A stretch of DNA of 64,000 nucleotides from NCBI RefSeq assembly GCF_001194135.2, contig NC_068988.1:56754701-56818700 (forward strand), read 5' to 3'. This DNA comes from Octopus bimaculoides (taxonomy: Eukaryota). Below are positions 12,654 to 26,475 of this stretch, piece by piece. The position numbers were made by a program, and so were the translations under genes. The notes beneath the pieces are model-generated. The model was not told the origin of the DNA. It worked only from the letters and a program-made list of their open reading frames with translations, and did no database searches. Numbering within the stretch: position 1 is the stretch's first letter; every line of letters begins with the position of its first letter.

Positions 12654-13525
12654 GTTTGTATAAGTAGTTGCATTAGCGAATGGGCTCCTACCATGCTATC
12701 ACATTTTCCTTACTACGTCACAAGTGTCACCTCTTTAAATCTGAAACCACTCTGCTGCTGCAAGTGGTGGTGCTGGTGCAAGTGAGATCCATTACAGAAG
12801 ACAAACAATTAAAAACAAAAGAAAACAAAAAAGAGACACCAGGGGGAACAGAATATTTCAAGTGAGTTCAGCAATATTTTCTGCNNNNNNNNNNNNNNNN
12901 NNNNNNNNNNNNNNNNNNNNNNNNNNNNNNNNNNNNNNNNNNNNNNNNNNNNNNNNNNNNNNNNNNNNNNNNNNNNNNNNNNNNNNNNNNNNNNNNNNNN
13001 NNNNNNNNNNNNNNNNNNNNNNNNNNNNNNNNNNNNNNNNNNNNNNNNNNNNNNNNNNNNNNNNNNNNNNNNNNNNNNNNNNNNNNNNNNNNNNNNNNNN
13101 NNNNNNNNNNNNNNNNNNNNNNNNNNNNNNNNNNNNNNNNNNNNNNNNNNNNNNNNNNNNNNNNNNNNNNNNNNNNNNNNNNNNNNNNNNNNNNNNNNNN
13201 NNNNNNNNNNNNNNNNNNNNNNNNNNNNNNNNNNNNNNNNNNNNNNNNNNNNNNNNNNNNNNNNNNNNNNNNNNNNNNNNNNNNNNNNNNNNNNNNNNNN
13301 NNNNNNNNNNNNNNNNNNNNNNNNNNNNNNNNNNNNNNNNNNNNNNNNNNNNNNNNNNNNNNNNNNNNNNNNNNNNNNNNNNNNNNNNNNNNNNNNNNNN
13401 NNNNNNNNNNNNNNNNNNNNNNNNNNNNNNNNNNNNNNNNNNNNNNNNNNNNNNNNNNNNNNNNNNNNNNNNNNNNNNNNNNNNNNNNNNNNNNNNNNNN
13501 NNNNNNNNNNNNNNNNTATATATAT

Positions 13526-13906
13526 TGTTGTTGGCACTCCATCGCTTACTACGTCGCGGGTTCCAGTTGATCTGATCAACGGAACAGCCTGCTTGTGAAA
13601 TTAATGTGCAAGTGGCTGAGCACACCACAGACACGTGTACTCTTAACGTAGTTCTTGGGGATATTCAGCGTGACACAGTGTGACAAGGCTGACCCTTTGA
13701 ATTACAGGCACAACAGAAACAAGAAGTAAGAGTGAGAGAAAGTTGTGGTGAAAAAGTACAGCAGGGTTCACCACCATCCCCTGCCGGAGCCTCGTGGAGC
13801 TTTAGGTGTTTTCGCTCAATAAACACAACGCCCGGTCTGGGAATCGAAACGGTGATCCTATGATTGCAAGTCCGCTGCTCTAACCACTGGGCCAGTGCGC
13901 CTCCAC
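13526..13906 (-). mobile_element. SINE family 3, young full-length copy
   Basis: tRNA-like head on the minus strand and a (CAA)n-type tail; highly similar to 20824-21207 and 58861-59251. Confidence 0.9.
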
Positions 13907-13908
13907 AC

Positions 13909-13959
<51 letters not shown>

Positions 13960-15205
13960 TATATGTAAGGGTGTGGTGAGGAAGAGTTAATTAACCCTTT
14001 TGTGAATATATTTATAATGTACTGACAAACTTCTGCTTGTGATGTATTCAATCCCACTGCATGGCACCTTAGGTAAGTGTCTTCTACTACAACCTCAGGC
14101 TGATCAATGCTTTGTGAGTGAATTTGATAGATGGAAACTGTGTGGAAGCCTGTCATGTAGATATCTATTTCTCTGTATATCTATCTATCTATCTGTGTGT
14201 GTCTTTCTGTCCCTCCCACTACTGCACTTTGATAATTGGTGTTGGTTTGTTTACATCCCCCTAGCTTTTAGCAGTTCAGCAAAAGAGGCCAATGGAATAA
14301 GTACCAGACTTCAATTAATTTTCAATGAAATCAAGATTTTGGTAGGGATTTAGTAAAGTATTTGTAAACTTCATTTATTCTGGTGTATATTAGTATATAT
14401 CACCACCCAAATAGACCAAGGTGGGATTTGAACTCAGATCCATAGCAAATACCTCAAGGTATCAAATCCAATGTTCTTACAGTTATGTCAAGCCACCACT
14501 CTGGAATGGTACCCTTTTTTACTGACTCCTGAAGGGATAAAATTCAAAGTTGACCTTAGCAGGATTTGAACTCAGAGCAAAAAGTGTTGGAAGAAATACC
14601 ACAAGGCATTCCACTTGATGCTCAAATGACTGCACTTCCCTGCCTTCAAAACAGGAAGGCTTTTATTATGGGTGGTCTCAGACAGCCAGGTTGATGCTAA
14701 ACATGTTGGCTATTTGAAATAATTATGTAAAAAAAGAAAAGTAATACATCTATATATTTAAATGTGACTTGAATAATTTAGCAAAACATTGTCATTTAGA
14801 GGAGAAAAAATAATCCTCACCAAATTCTCTAAACTCGCTGCTGCCAAATAATGGTAACAATCTATGCTAAGCACTAACAGATAAGGTAGCATTCTGTGAC
14901 AACAGTGTTGTTGTCATTGTTTTATTTTTACTTCAGGCCTGCCAAAAGTTACTAGAGCTTAGCCAATGATTGTTTAATTAGAACAAGATTGAAGACTCAA
15001 GGAGTTTTATCATTTCCATATGGTTGAATTCCAAGTAAATAACTTCATAAGAAAAAGAAAAGAAAATTCTTTAAAAAACTGACTCAGATGCTAAGGAAAG
15101 TTGCATAGTAATATTTCTTCAAGTTTCACATTGGCTATTTTATTTAAAGAAAATTATGTCAGTGAAAGCCTGTGACAACATTAGCAACAAATATATATAT
15201 GTAGT

Positions 15206-15239
<34 letters not shown>

Positions 15240-15739
15240 CCATATTGCATGTGTTGCTAACCATCTCACTTTGGTGACAATGGCAAAAGTAGTGACACAA
15301 GGTAAAGATTTAGAATCTAACAACTCCAAATCTTACCATAAACTTTTCTATGAAAATGGTCACAAGCACAATGGAACTAGGAGCAGAGGATGTACAAAAA
15401 AGAAAGAATATTGAAGAACATAAGGAGAGAATCTTTGAGATGGTGCAAATGAAAGTCTGTTGCTAATGGTTATGTGGCTGTTGAAGATACAGGGGCAGCT
15501 GTATCCATGATTCTTGAACTCTTCAGGTGCCAGTAATACTAACTTCTTATACTAAACTTTACTATAGAGTACATCCATAGATTCTAGCTGTCACTGCATT
15601 AATAAATTAATTAAACTCATTACAGGATGCAGCATATATATTTGCCCATTATTTTAACATAATAATTTACCCATAATCAGTTGAGAAAAGATTACAGGCT
15701 GTGGTGAAAGCTAAGGGTGGCCATTTTGAATTGCAAATA

Positions 15740-15953
15740 TGAGGGGTTGCTGCAAAGTTCCTGGTTGGGGCTAAAAGAAAATACAGGAGGAACCGTTAAT
15801 TATAATTTTACTAAACACATTCCCCTCTCAGATTCACACTTTTATTGCAACAGTCCTGTTTTTCTAAACCCTGTAAGAGGACTTGGAAGGTTGGGTCTCC
15901 AACCAGGCCTTTCATAATACCCATAAACCCAGGAACTTTTCAGCACCCCTAAT
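15740..15953 (+). mobile_element. Mariner-type MITE (~215 bp)
   Basis: TIR-like ends gaggggttgctgcaaagttcctgg / ccaggaacttttcagcacccct; same family as 29226-29439 and 45513-45729. Confidence 0.7.
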
Positions 15954-16310
15954 GTGTATGTTAAAAAAATTTTCAATAAAATGTAACAGTCAACCTGTGA
16001 ACTTTCATTAATCAAAATCCTGAAACTTTTAATTCTATGATAAAATGAACAATGGGCAAATAGATATGCAGCACAGGTAGATACACATAGTAAGACTGTT
16101 GCAAACGTCTGTCATGTCTACACAATCACAATTGGGACAAGAAAAGGAGGATTGACTAACTGATCATTTCAACTATCATCATACTTTTATCAGTAATTGC
16201 TTGCCCTATATTAACTGGTACTGTGAAATTGTATTTAAAGTCACTGTCACTATGTTTATGACTAAAACTCATTATACATGTATATGTGAGTGTATGTATA
16301 TATGTATGTA

Positions 16311-17052
16311 TGAGGTCTGATCAATAAGTATCCAGAATGTTGCCATAGCAACTAGCTAACGCACACAGAGTGAAGCCGCTTGGCACAGACTGACCTTGAA
16401 CTCTGCTCTGCATGCAAACTAAGTTTTAATGTTCTAGCCCACTTCTGCTGTTAACAGCAGTGCTTGGAAGGAAGGTGTGTAGCGTGTAATGGTTGCATTG
16501 ACCATAACAGAGAAAGTTGTCAGAGGCTTACGTAAAGTTGCAGAAAGTGTATGGTGAGGAGGGTATGAGCTGCACACAAGTGTATGAGTGGTTCAGACAT
16601 TTCCAAGATGGCCAAAAAATGTTGATATTGATGAACGTTCTGGGAGAGCTACAACCAGCAGAACTGAGAAAAACATCACAGATGTGCATGCAGCTGTGAG
16701 GAAAAATCGTCGAATGACCATCCGTGAGTTATCAGAGGTTGTGCAGATTAGTTACGGTTCAGTTCAGTCCATTATCACTGAAGATTTAGGTAGGAGATGC
16801 GAGCCTGCCAACTTTGTGCCAAAACTGCTTTCAGCTGACCAAAAAGACACTCGGGTTTCATCTGCACAAGATCTTGATTGTGTTGTATTGCCAAGCTTTT
16901 GGCAAAATATGATGCAGATTCTCTGCTCAACTTTCTCTCTCATGGTCAATGCAATGATCATACACTACACACGTTCCTTCCAAGCACTGCTGTAAACAGT
17001 GGAAGTAAGCTAGAACATTAAAACTTAGTGCACATACACAGCAGAGTTCAAG
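16311..17052 (+). mobile_element. Non-autonomous mariner derivative with transposase N-terminus and an inverted copy of its own left end; right end truncated
   Basis: TA|TGAGGTCTGATCAATAAGTA terminus. SEAYVKLQKVYGEEGMSCTQVYEWFRHFQDG, then after a frameshift DERSGRATT...NRRMTIRELSEVVQISYGSVQSIITEDLG...FVPKLL (mariner HTH region and WVPH-like motif). Confidence 0.9.
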
Positions 17053-17120
17053 AGACACATTGGTTCCTGTTAAACCGACCAACCCATGCCAGCATAGAAC
17101 ATGTACACTAAACGATGATG

Positions 17121-17161
<41 letters not shown>

Positions 17162-17230
17162 TGCATGATTCGTCTAAGAGACCATAAGTCAGGGAAGAGA
17201 TGCACTTGTATATCTGTCAATAGAGTGGGT

Positions 17231-17518
17231 ATATTATCCGAAATATATAGCATTATATATCCATCAGTGCTGATCTTATTAATTGGTTTTGTGCAAAGAA
17301 TACAATGGAAGTTAGGTAACAATCCAATTATATAACCTTATGCTCATCAGAGTTAGCTGATATGGAAGGGAATATAGTGACATTCCTTTCCATAGCAGCT
17401 AACTCTAATGAGTGTAAGGTTATATAATCAGATTGTTACCTAACACTCTGTTGTATTCCTTGTGCAAAACCAATTGGTAAGATCAGCCACAATGGACATA
17501 TAATGCTATATATATTGG

Positions 17519-17525
<7 letters not shown>
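17231..17525. mobile_element. ~295-bp fold-back element
   Basis: Arms of ~145 nt, e.g. gttaggtaacaatc...agagttagctg.tatggaagggaat versus attcctttccata.cagctaactct...gattgttacctaac; flanked by TA runs. Confidence 0.85.
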
Positions 17526-17576
<51 letters not shown>

Positions 17577-18135
17577 CATAACCACCCTGTAAACATACAT
17601 AAACACACAGAGAAACACATGTGAGTGTATGTATATAGATATATATATATATGTGTTTCTGTGCGCTTAACTGCATGATCAAATTCTCCATTTTATGACC
17701 CACTGTTTCTTGGCAATAAACTATATTTGGTGATAGAGCAACAAGGCACTACAAGCTCTGTGTCCTTCACCCCAGAAGTAGCTGCTAAGAGGGGAAGAAC
17801 CGTGTTTGGACTGGTTATTGATTTCTACAAAAACTGTATGTTTTGATGTTTCATGTATTTTTGCAGCAATGCAATAAATGAGAAATTTATTATTTTCTCT
17901 GCTTCTCTGATAACTTCTGACTTTCATTTAATCACATTATCAACATATTCTGAGACAGTGTGCATGTGTTATGTAGGTACATGTGCTTGTGTGTGTGTGT
18001 GCATGGGTATGCATGTATGTATCAGTATGCGTATACATAAGTATATGTGTGCATGTATGTGTGTATACATATATCCACATACATGTATTTATATGCGCAT
18101 GTGTGTATATATATGTACCATCATTATTTAGCATC

Positions 18136-18168
<33 letters not shown>

Positions 18169-18890
18169 ATGTGTGTATGCACATACATGCCTTTTATATG
18201 CAGATATATGTATCATTTAACTTTTGTGTATATACATGTGCTTGTGTGTATGTGAGTATGTATGTGCAGTGAGTATGTATATGCATATGTGTGTGTGTGT
18301 GTGTGTGCAGTGAGGTGTAACTTGACATATGTAATAAATGTCACACCATGCACACATGTATAGATTAAACTTTATATACACACAACCACAGGCAAATGCA
18401 CGTAGCCTCACAATCACATATATACAGACACACACACACATGCGCAAGTTTATTGCTTTTTACATAATCACTGCTGAACAGACAATTTGAAACGGTAAAT
18501 ATTCTTGAGGTTCACCTATCCTCTTCCTCTTCCTCTACCACCACCACCACCACCATTACTATTACCATCATCTCCACTGATTCCACTACTGCTAATACTA
18601 CTGGCACCACCACTGCAACCACTGAGCACTATAACATACCACCAACTCTATCACTAACCTGACACCACAGAAACTTCCACCAATGCCACCATCACCATCA
18701 CCAGCACCACCACCAAAACAACAACAACAAAAAGCACTGCTACCGTTATAACCACAGGAACCACCAGCACCACCACCCCCNNNNNNNNNNNNNNNNNNNN
18801 NNNNNNNNNNNNNNNNNNNNNNNNNNNNNNNNNNNNNNNNNNNNNNNNNNNNNNNNNNNNNNNNNNNNNNNNNNNNNNNNNNNNNNNNNN

Positions 18891-19202
<312 letters not shown>

Positions 19203-19919
19203 CTAAGAAAAAATTGTACCCCTTCTGTTAAATTCTTAATATAAAAAAAAAGAAAAATATCCTGAAACAGATAAACTGGAAAGGATGGTAAAAAAAAAAC
19301 AATTTTTTTTCTTCCTTCAATCAATTTTTCTCATATTCTCCTTCTCTATTTTTCTTTATCTTTTTGATGAAGGACTAGTGTCTGAAACATCAAAACTATC
19401 TCCATTTTTTCTGAAGTGTTAAACTAATACAACATTTGTTAAAACTTGTTCCTCAAAAAGAAATACTTGCTTTTGTTTTGTATGTGTTCAATGTTACACA
19501 CATACATATGTTGGATTCATAAATATATAACAATTCCTAGACAGAAGAGCAACTACTACCAGTTTATACACTCATGTATATATACATACAAACACAAGTA
19601 TAAATATATACATGTGAAGGTACATGGCCTAATGGTTAGGGTGTTGCACTCACGGTTGCTAGAGCATGGGTTCAACTCCTAGACCAAGCAGTATGTTATT
19701 TTTTTTTAGCAAAACACTTCATTTAGTGTCGCTCCAGTCCAATCAGCTGTAAATCACTAAATCTGCGATGGACTAGCTTTCTGATTGGGGAATGTTGGCC
19801 TCCTCACCTGGCTAATGGGCTGGGATCATTCGAAAGCAGAAACAATACAAAGCATATTGTGACCAGCGATGTATAACATCCAATAGTCTGATCGGTTACA
19901 TGATCATGTGATATATATA

Positions 19920-20799
19920 TGTGGTCTGATTAATAAGTACTCGGACTGTTGCTATAGTAACAAAGCTAAAGCGTGAAGCTGCTTTGCACAGATTAACTGT
20001 GAACTCTACTGTGCTTGCGCACTAAGTTTTGATGTTCTAGCTCACTTCCACTGTTTACAGAAGTGCCTGGAAGGTAGGTGTGTAGCGTGTGATTGTTGCA
20101 TTGACCGTGAGAAAGAAAGTTGAGCAGAGAATCTGCATCAAATTTTGCCAAAAACTTGGTGATACCTGCTCAGAGGCCTACACAAAATTTTCAAAAAGTT
20201 TTCATCATTCTCAACACAATCAAGATCTTGTGCAATTGAAACCTGAATGTCTTTTTAGTCAGCTGAAAGCAGTGTTGGCACAAACTTGGTAGACATGTGT
20301 CTCATACCCAAACCTCCAGTGATAACAGACTGAACCATAACTAATCTGCACATTTCCTGATAACTCACGGATGATGATTTGGCAATTTCCTCTCACAGCC
20401 ACCTGCACATCTGCGATGTTTTTCTCAGTTCTGCTGGTTGTAGGTCTCCTAGAATGTTTGTCAATGTTGACATTTTTTTCGGCCAGCTTGGAAATGTCTG
20501 AACCACTTGTACATTTGTGTGCGGCTCATACACTCCTCACCATACACTTTCTGCAACTTTGCATAGGCCTCTGAGCAGGTATTACCATGACAACTTTATC
20601 TGTCATGGTCAATGCAACCATTACACGCTACACACTTTCCTTCCAAGCACTGCTGTAAACAGCAGAAGTGGGTTAGAACATTAAAACTTAGTGCGCATGC
20701 ACAACAAAGTTCAAGGTCAGTCTGTGCCAAGCGACTTCACTCTGCATGCTTTAGTTTGCTGCTATGGCAACAGTCTGGATACTTATTGATCAGACCTTG
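19920..20799 (-). mobile_element. Second copy of the same mariner derivative, complete and in the opposite orientation
   Basis: Both ends carry the GGTCTGAT(C/T)AATAAGTA TIR next to TA. The interior is the reverse complement of 16311-17052. One arm encodes KVEQRICIKFCQKLGDTCSEAY. Confidence 0.9.
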
Positions 20800-20823
20800 T
20801 ATATACATACATACATGCACTCA

Positions 20824-21207
20824 TGTTGTTAGCACTCCGTTACTTATGACGCTGAGGGTTCCAGTTGATCCGATCAACAGAACAGCCTGCTCGTGAAATT
20901 AACATGCAAGTGGCTGAGCACTCCACAGACACATGTACCCTTAACGTAGTTCTCGGGGATATTCAGCGTGACACAGTGTGACAAGGCTGACCCTTTGAAA
21001 TACAGGTACAACAGAAACAGGAAGAAAGAGTGAGAGAAAGTTGTGGTGAAAGAGTACAGCAGGGTTCGCCACCATCCCCTGCCGGAACCTCGTGGAGCTT
21101 TAGGTGTTTTCGCTCAATAAACACTCATAACGCCCGGTCTGGGAATCGAAACCGCGATACTATAACCGCGAGTCCGCTGCCCTAACCACTGGGCCATTGC
21201 GCCTCCA
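20824..21207 (-). mobile_element. SINE family 3, young full-length copy
   Basis: Head gaggcgcaatggcccagtggttagggcagcggactcgcgg...gtttcgattccc on the minus strand. Confidence 0.9.
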
Positions 21208-22085
21208 TGACATGCACTCATATATGTATGATAACCAACATTTTANNNNNNNNNNNNNNNNNNNNNNNNNNNNNNNNNNNNNNNNNNNNNNNNNNNNNNN
21301 NNNNNNNNNNNNNNNNNNNNNNNNNNNNNNNNNNNNNNNNNNNNNNNNNNNNNNNNNNNNNNNNNNNNNNNNNNNNNNNNNNNNNNNNNNNNNNNNNNNN
21401 NNNNNNNNNNNNNNNNNNNNNNNNNNNNNNNNNNNNNNNNNNNNNNNNNNNNNNNNNNNNNNNNNNNNNNNNNNNNNNNNNNNNNNNNNNNNNNNNNNNN
21501 NNNNNNNNNNNNNNNNNNNNNNNNNNNNNNNNNNNNNNNNNNNNNNNNNNNNNNNNNNNNNNNNNNNNNNNNNNNNNNNNNNNNNNNNNNNNNNNNNNNN
21601 NNNNNNNNNNNNNNNNNNNNNNNNNNNNNNNNNNNNNNNNNNNNNNNNNNNNNNNNNNNNNNNNNNNNNNNNNNNNNNNNNNNNNNNNNNNNNNNNNNNN
21701 NNNNNNNNNNNNNNNNNNNNNNNNNNNNNNNNNNNNNNNNNNNNNNNNNNNNNNNNNNNNNNNNNNNNNNNNNNNNNNNNNNNNNNNNNNNNNNNNNNNN
21801 NNNNNNNNNNNNNNNNNNNNNNNNNNNNNNNNNNNNNNNNNNNNNNNNNNNNNNNNNNNNNNNNNNNNNNNNNNNNNNNNNNNNNNNNNNNNNNNNNNNN
21901 NNNNNNNNNNNNNNNNNNNNNNNNNNNNNNNNNNNNNNNNNNNNNNNACAACAGCAATGGCACAGATGGTATATGTAAATGCAGTGATAAATGCATTAAA
22001 ACTTGATGTCATGGAGAGAAGCTTCTATTTTAACATATCTAAAATCTATTTAGCTACCTAATCTATTGATTACAGAGGGATGGGG

Positions 22086-22124
<39 letters not shown>

Positions 22125-22569
22125 TAGTTCAAATTCTGCCAAGCTCAACTTTGCTATTCATCCTGTGAGAGTCGAAAAAATAGGTATCAGTTGAGCACCG
22201 AGGTCAATGTAGTCAACTTGCCCCACCCCTCAAAATTGCTGGCCTTGTGCCAAAATTTAGAAATTATTATTGGTACCCAGCTAGGTAACTGATTAACACA
22301 TGACTTCATTATATGGGGTCTGTCTTGTGGGTATTGGCAAAATGACCCTTCCAACTTACAAGAACAGTTCCAGAACAGAATTTCACATCAAGAATGTTGC
22401 AAATCAAGCACAAAAGCAATGTGTGTGTGTGCACAGTATTGTTGAATGGTTAAGAAGTCTACTTTGTAATCATGAAGTCTCCAGTTCAATCACAGGGGGT
22501 GGCATTTGGGCTAGTGTTACTTTTTATAGTTGTAGGTTGACTTATACCTTGTAAATAAAATTAAGGTTG

Positions 22570-22823
22570 ATGGAAATTATATAAAAGGAGAGGGGCGCCT
22601 ACTGAGGTGCATCTTGCAGTCGGGATAACCAGAATGTGTGGGGTTCCTCAGTTGTCCCTGTGAGGAACTCGCTCCTTTTGGGAAATTTTATTGTTTAATT
22701 GTATTGTTAATTGTCACTATTATTTTATTCTTTACTTGATTTTTGTGTCAAAACCCACATGTCCCCAGTTTTGTATTATCCCTATTTGTTTTGTGTTTGA
22801 CCCTTGTGGCCAATGAAGACACA

Positions 22824-22878
<55 letters not shown>
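22570..22878 (+). mobile_element. Probable LINE 3' UTR ending in an (ATT)n tail
   Basis: T-rich segment ending gacccttgtggccaatgaagacac followed by a long (ATT)n run; family not identified. Confidence 0.35.
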
Positions 22879-23095
22879 GGCAGTGAGCTGGCAGAATTGT
22901 TAGCCTGCTGGGCAAAATGTTTAGTGGTATTTCACCTGTTGCTACATTCTGAGTTCAAATCCTGCCGAGGTTGACTTTGTCTTTCATCCTTTCGGGGTCA
23001 ATAAATTAACTACCAGTAAAACACCGGGGTCCATGTAATTGATTCACCCTCTCCCCCAAAATGGCTGCCCTTGTGGCAAAATTTGAAACCATTAT
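22879..23095 (+). mobile_element. SINE family 2
   Basis: ggcagtgagctggcagaattgttagc...gagttcaaatcctgccgagg...tttcatcctttcggggtc; (ATT)n on both sides. Confidence 0.85.
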
Positions 23096-23167
23096 TATTA
23101 TTATACTGCTCCTGTATAAACAGTAGCTGATTTTGTTATATATATACTTATACACACACACATAAAT

Positions 23168-23201
<34 letters not shown>

Positions 23202-23409
23202 GAATTTGTAATACATATACATATATCAGGTTACTATTATTATTGTGATTATGTTATATCATTATTATTAATGTTTATATATTTTATAGTTCATATGGTA
23301 ATATGGAGATGTCTCCTATTTCATGATCAGTATGGTGACAAGTGTTGTTATACTTAACATATTGGTAAGTTGAAGCTGACGTTGGCAGTGGTTAAATTAT
23401 AACCCTTCG

Positions 23410-23442
<33 letters not shown>

Positions 23443-23989
23443 GAGAAAGCAAGACTGATACTTAATATCTGGAGAAAAGTAAAAAAATAAAATTAAAATA
23501 AGAAAAGGGGTGGGGGGAAGCTACTAATGAGATAGCTGTTATGTCACCCATACATGAAGACAATATTCCGTAGACTACAGCTGCTAGCAGAGCTGATTCA
23601 TATACCGTTTTTATATACGGCGACTGACTGTGAATCACTGGCTTTGTCTGTTAACCCCTTCAATGCTGTATCTGCACAGACAATCATCTAATAACGAGAT
23701 ATCACAGACTCCAATGAGATAATACACACCTACAGGCAAAGAAAGACTGTAATATATAGATTGCCACTACCACGAACACTACTCCAGTATTCCTACCACC
23801 ACCACCACCACCACAACCACGAACACTACCACTACCATGTATCACCGTTCCAATATTAAATTCCGTTGCCAATGAGTTAAATCTTTCGATGCTATGTGGA
23901 TGCAGTAGGCGGTAGTCTTTGAGGCTACTCGCATACAAAACAGCTATTTCAGTTGTAGCAAAGAATTAACGATGATGGTGACTGGCATC

Positions 23990-24420
23990 ATGGTGTAATG
24001 GTGCAGATGGCAACATGTGAGAGATACCATTGCCGTGCAATGCTGCAAGTGGCAACATACAGAAACTGCCTGCCATTACCGAGCAATGGTGCAGGTGGCA
24101 ACGCAAGCTGATACAATGCATCATTCACAGCAACTGCCATCACAATGCAATGCTGCAAGTGGCAGCATACCGCAACCGTCTGCCATCACAGCATACTGTT
24201 GCAAGTGGCAACATACAGAAACTGTCTGTCATCACAATGCACTGGTGCGAGTGGCAACACAGCTGAAACAATGCATTAACCACAACAACTGGCATCACAG
24301 TGCAATGCTGCAAGTGGCAACATACAGCTGCAACTATGAACTACAGCAACTGCTTGCTATCACTTTGCAATGGTACAAGTGGCAACTCACAGAAGTACAG
24401 ATGTAATGCCATCACTGCAT
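23990..24420. repeat. Degenerate tandem repeat, ~45-60-bp unit with core GCAATGCTGCAAGTGGCAAC
   Basis: About 8 recurrences of the tgcaagtggcaac-like core. Confidence 0.8.
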
Positions 24421-24876
24421 TATGGCATATAAATAAACTAATCCATCATCATCAGTGTTCTAATGTTTAGTTTTTTATGCTGGCACAGATCAGATGGAAT
24501 TTGTTGAGGCAGGTTTTCTACAGATGGATGCTGTTCCTGTCACCAACCTTCACCTGTTTCCTAGCAAAGTAATATTCTCTTGTGGCCAGATATGTCTTCT
24601 ACAAAAGGTTTGAAACAAACAACACTGCTTGTATGATGGTGATGCTTGTTTACAACCATCACATGTACACACACACACACACGTGTATGTGTGAGTGAGT
24701 GTGTATATGAATGAAATGCACTTCTTTCAGTTTCCGTCTACCAAATCCACTTGCAGGACTTTGGTCAGCCTGGTGCTATAGTAGAAGACACTTACCCAAG
24801 GTGCTGAACAGTGGGACTGAACCCAAATTCATGAGGTTTAGAAGCAAACCTCTTAATCACACAGCCCCCCCCCCAC

Positions 24877-24914
<38 letters not shown>

Positions 24915-26475
24915 ATGTAGTTCTTTCTCCTTTTAATTTAGAAAAGATTTTAACCGGCCTCTTACTTCGTAGCAAAGTTGTGAAGGTAAATATTTTGTTT
25001 AAACCATCATCCTTTAAATCTTAGGAAGGTCTTGCAAATTTTTGTGGTCCCATGTATCATGGTCAGATCAATTGTAGTGTACGAATTAAGAATTTGCAAA
25101 CTCTTGTCATTATTCCATTGATGTCCTCTTCCTCTTGTATTTTTCTCACTGCATTGATGTCCTGAGGGTGGCCGATTTCCACAACAGAACATATCTTTTC
25201 CTTGTGGTTCCACACAACAATAATTGGCCAATTGTTTTAACTCGGTGGCTGTTTTAATTTTTGAGTTCTACCAATATTCTTTGTTTGTTTGCATGTTTGG
25301 ATGCATGCAAATGTTTAGAACCCTAGATATCGTGATCATTTGTAGTGGATGAATTAAGGATATCTTTCCTTGTGGTCCCACACAAGAATGTCTGACCAGT
25401 TGTGTTTTAATTCGGAGACCGTTTTACACACATATCACATGTTTTTTTCTATTAGTGCCAGCGCTATGATCAAATTTACCCAATATACTCTGCAAAAAAG
25501 GTTGGAAAAATAACAGAGGAAATATGATATCAAGAGGACTTTGGTCTTGTTGAGGACATAGCAACCTTTGCAAAGTGATTGGCGATAAGAGGGGGCATCC
25601 AGGCATAGAAACTAGCTCCAAAATGAAATATCTGAATGAGGTATGCTTCTGCTTGAGTCATCTAGTGGGGCAGTAACTCTAAATAAGAACTGGCTTTGAC
25701 TGTGATGACCATCCCAGCTCTGTTCTCCACATAAGTATATCAGGAGCTGTTTGTTGACAGACTGGGAGATTTTTAATGTTTAATTCATCTGGAAACAAAT
25801 GAGGATTAGCAACAGGAAGGATGTCCTGCCTTAAAAAAAACTCTGCCTCAACATACTCTCATCTGACCCATGATGATGATGATGATGATATATTCAACTA
25901 TTTATATACAGGGTTTCCTCCGTAATCTCCTCATAATTATCAACCTCAATCTCAAATGTCAACCGTAAATTCATCATCACCAGTCTCAAATTTGTTATTG
26001 TCAGTCTTGATTACGTTGTTGCCTATCTTGATTTCATCTGTGCTAACTTAAATGTCATCTCTTGATGATGGAGCGAATTCTTCTTATGAACCGACAATGG
26101 TATCAGTGATCATTTGTCACAGAATTTTAAAAGAATGTAAACATAGGCACAGAGGTGGCTAGGTGGTAGAAAGTTTGCTTTCCGACCACGTGGTTTCAGG
26201 TTCTGTCCTACTGCATGGCACCTTTAGCAGGTGTCTTTTACTATAGCCTCGGGCTAATCAAAGTTTTGTGATTGGATTTGGTAGACAGAAACTGAAAGAA
26301 GCCCATCATATGTGTTTGTACTCTGACCACCTCTTGACAAATGGTGTTGGTGTGTTTACATCCCTGTAACTAAGTGATGGAGTATCAGACTTAAAAAATA
26401 AGTACTGGGGGTCCAATTTGTATAACTAAAATCCTCCAGGGTGGTGTCTCAACATAGCCGCAGTCTAACGACTGA

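Noticed and set aside
21130-21207. tRNA-like sequence with A and B boxes
   Set aside because: It is the head of a multi-copy SINE with a body and tail; no complete cloverleaf.
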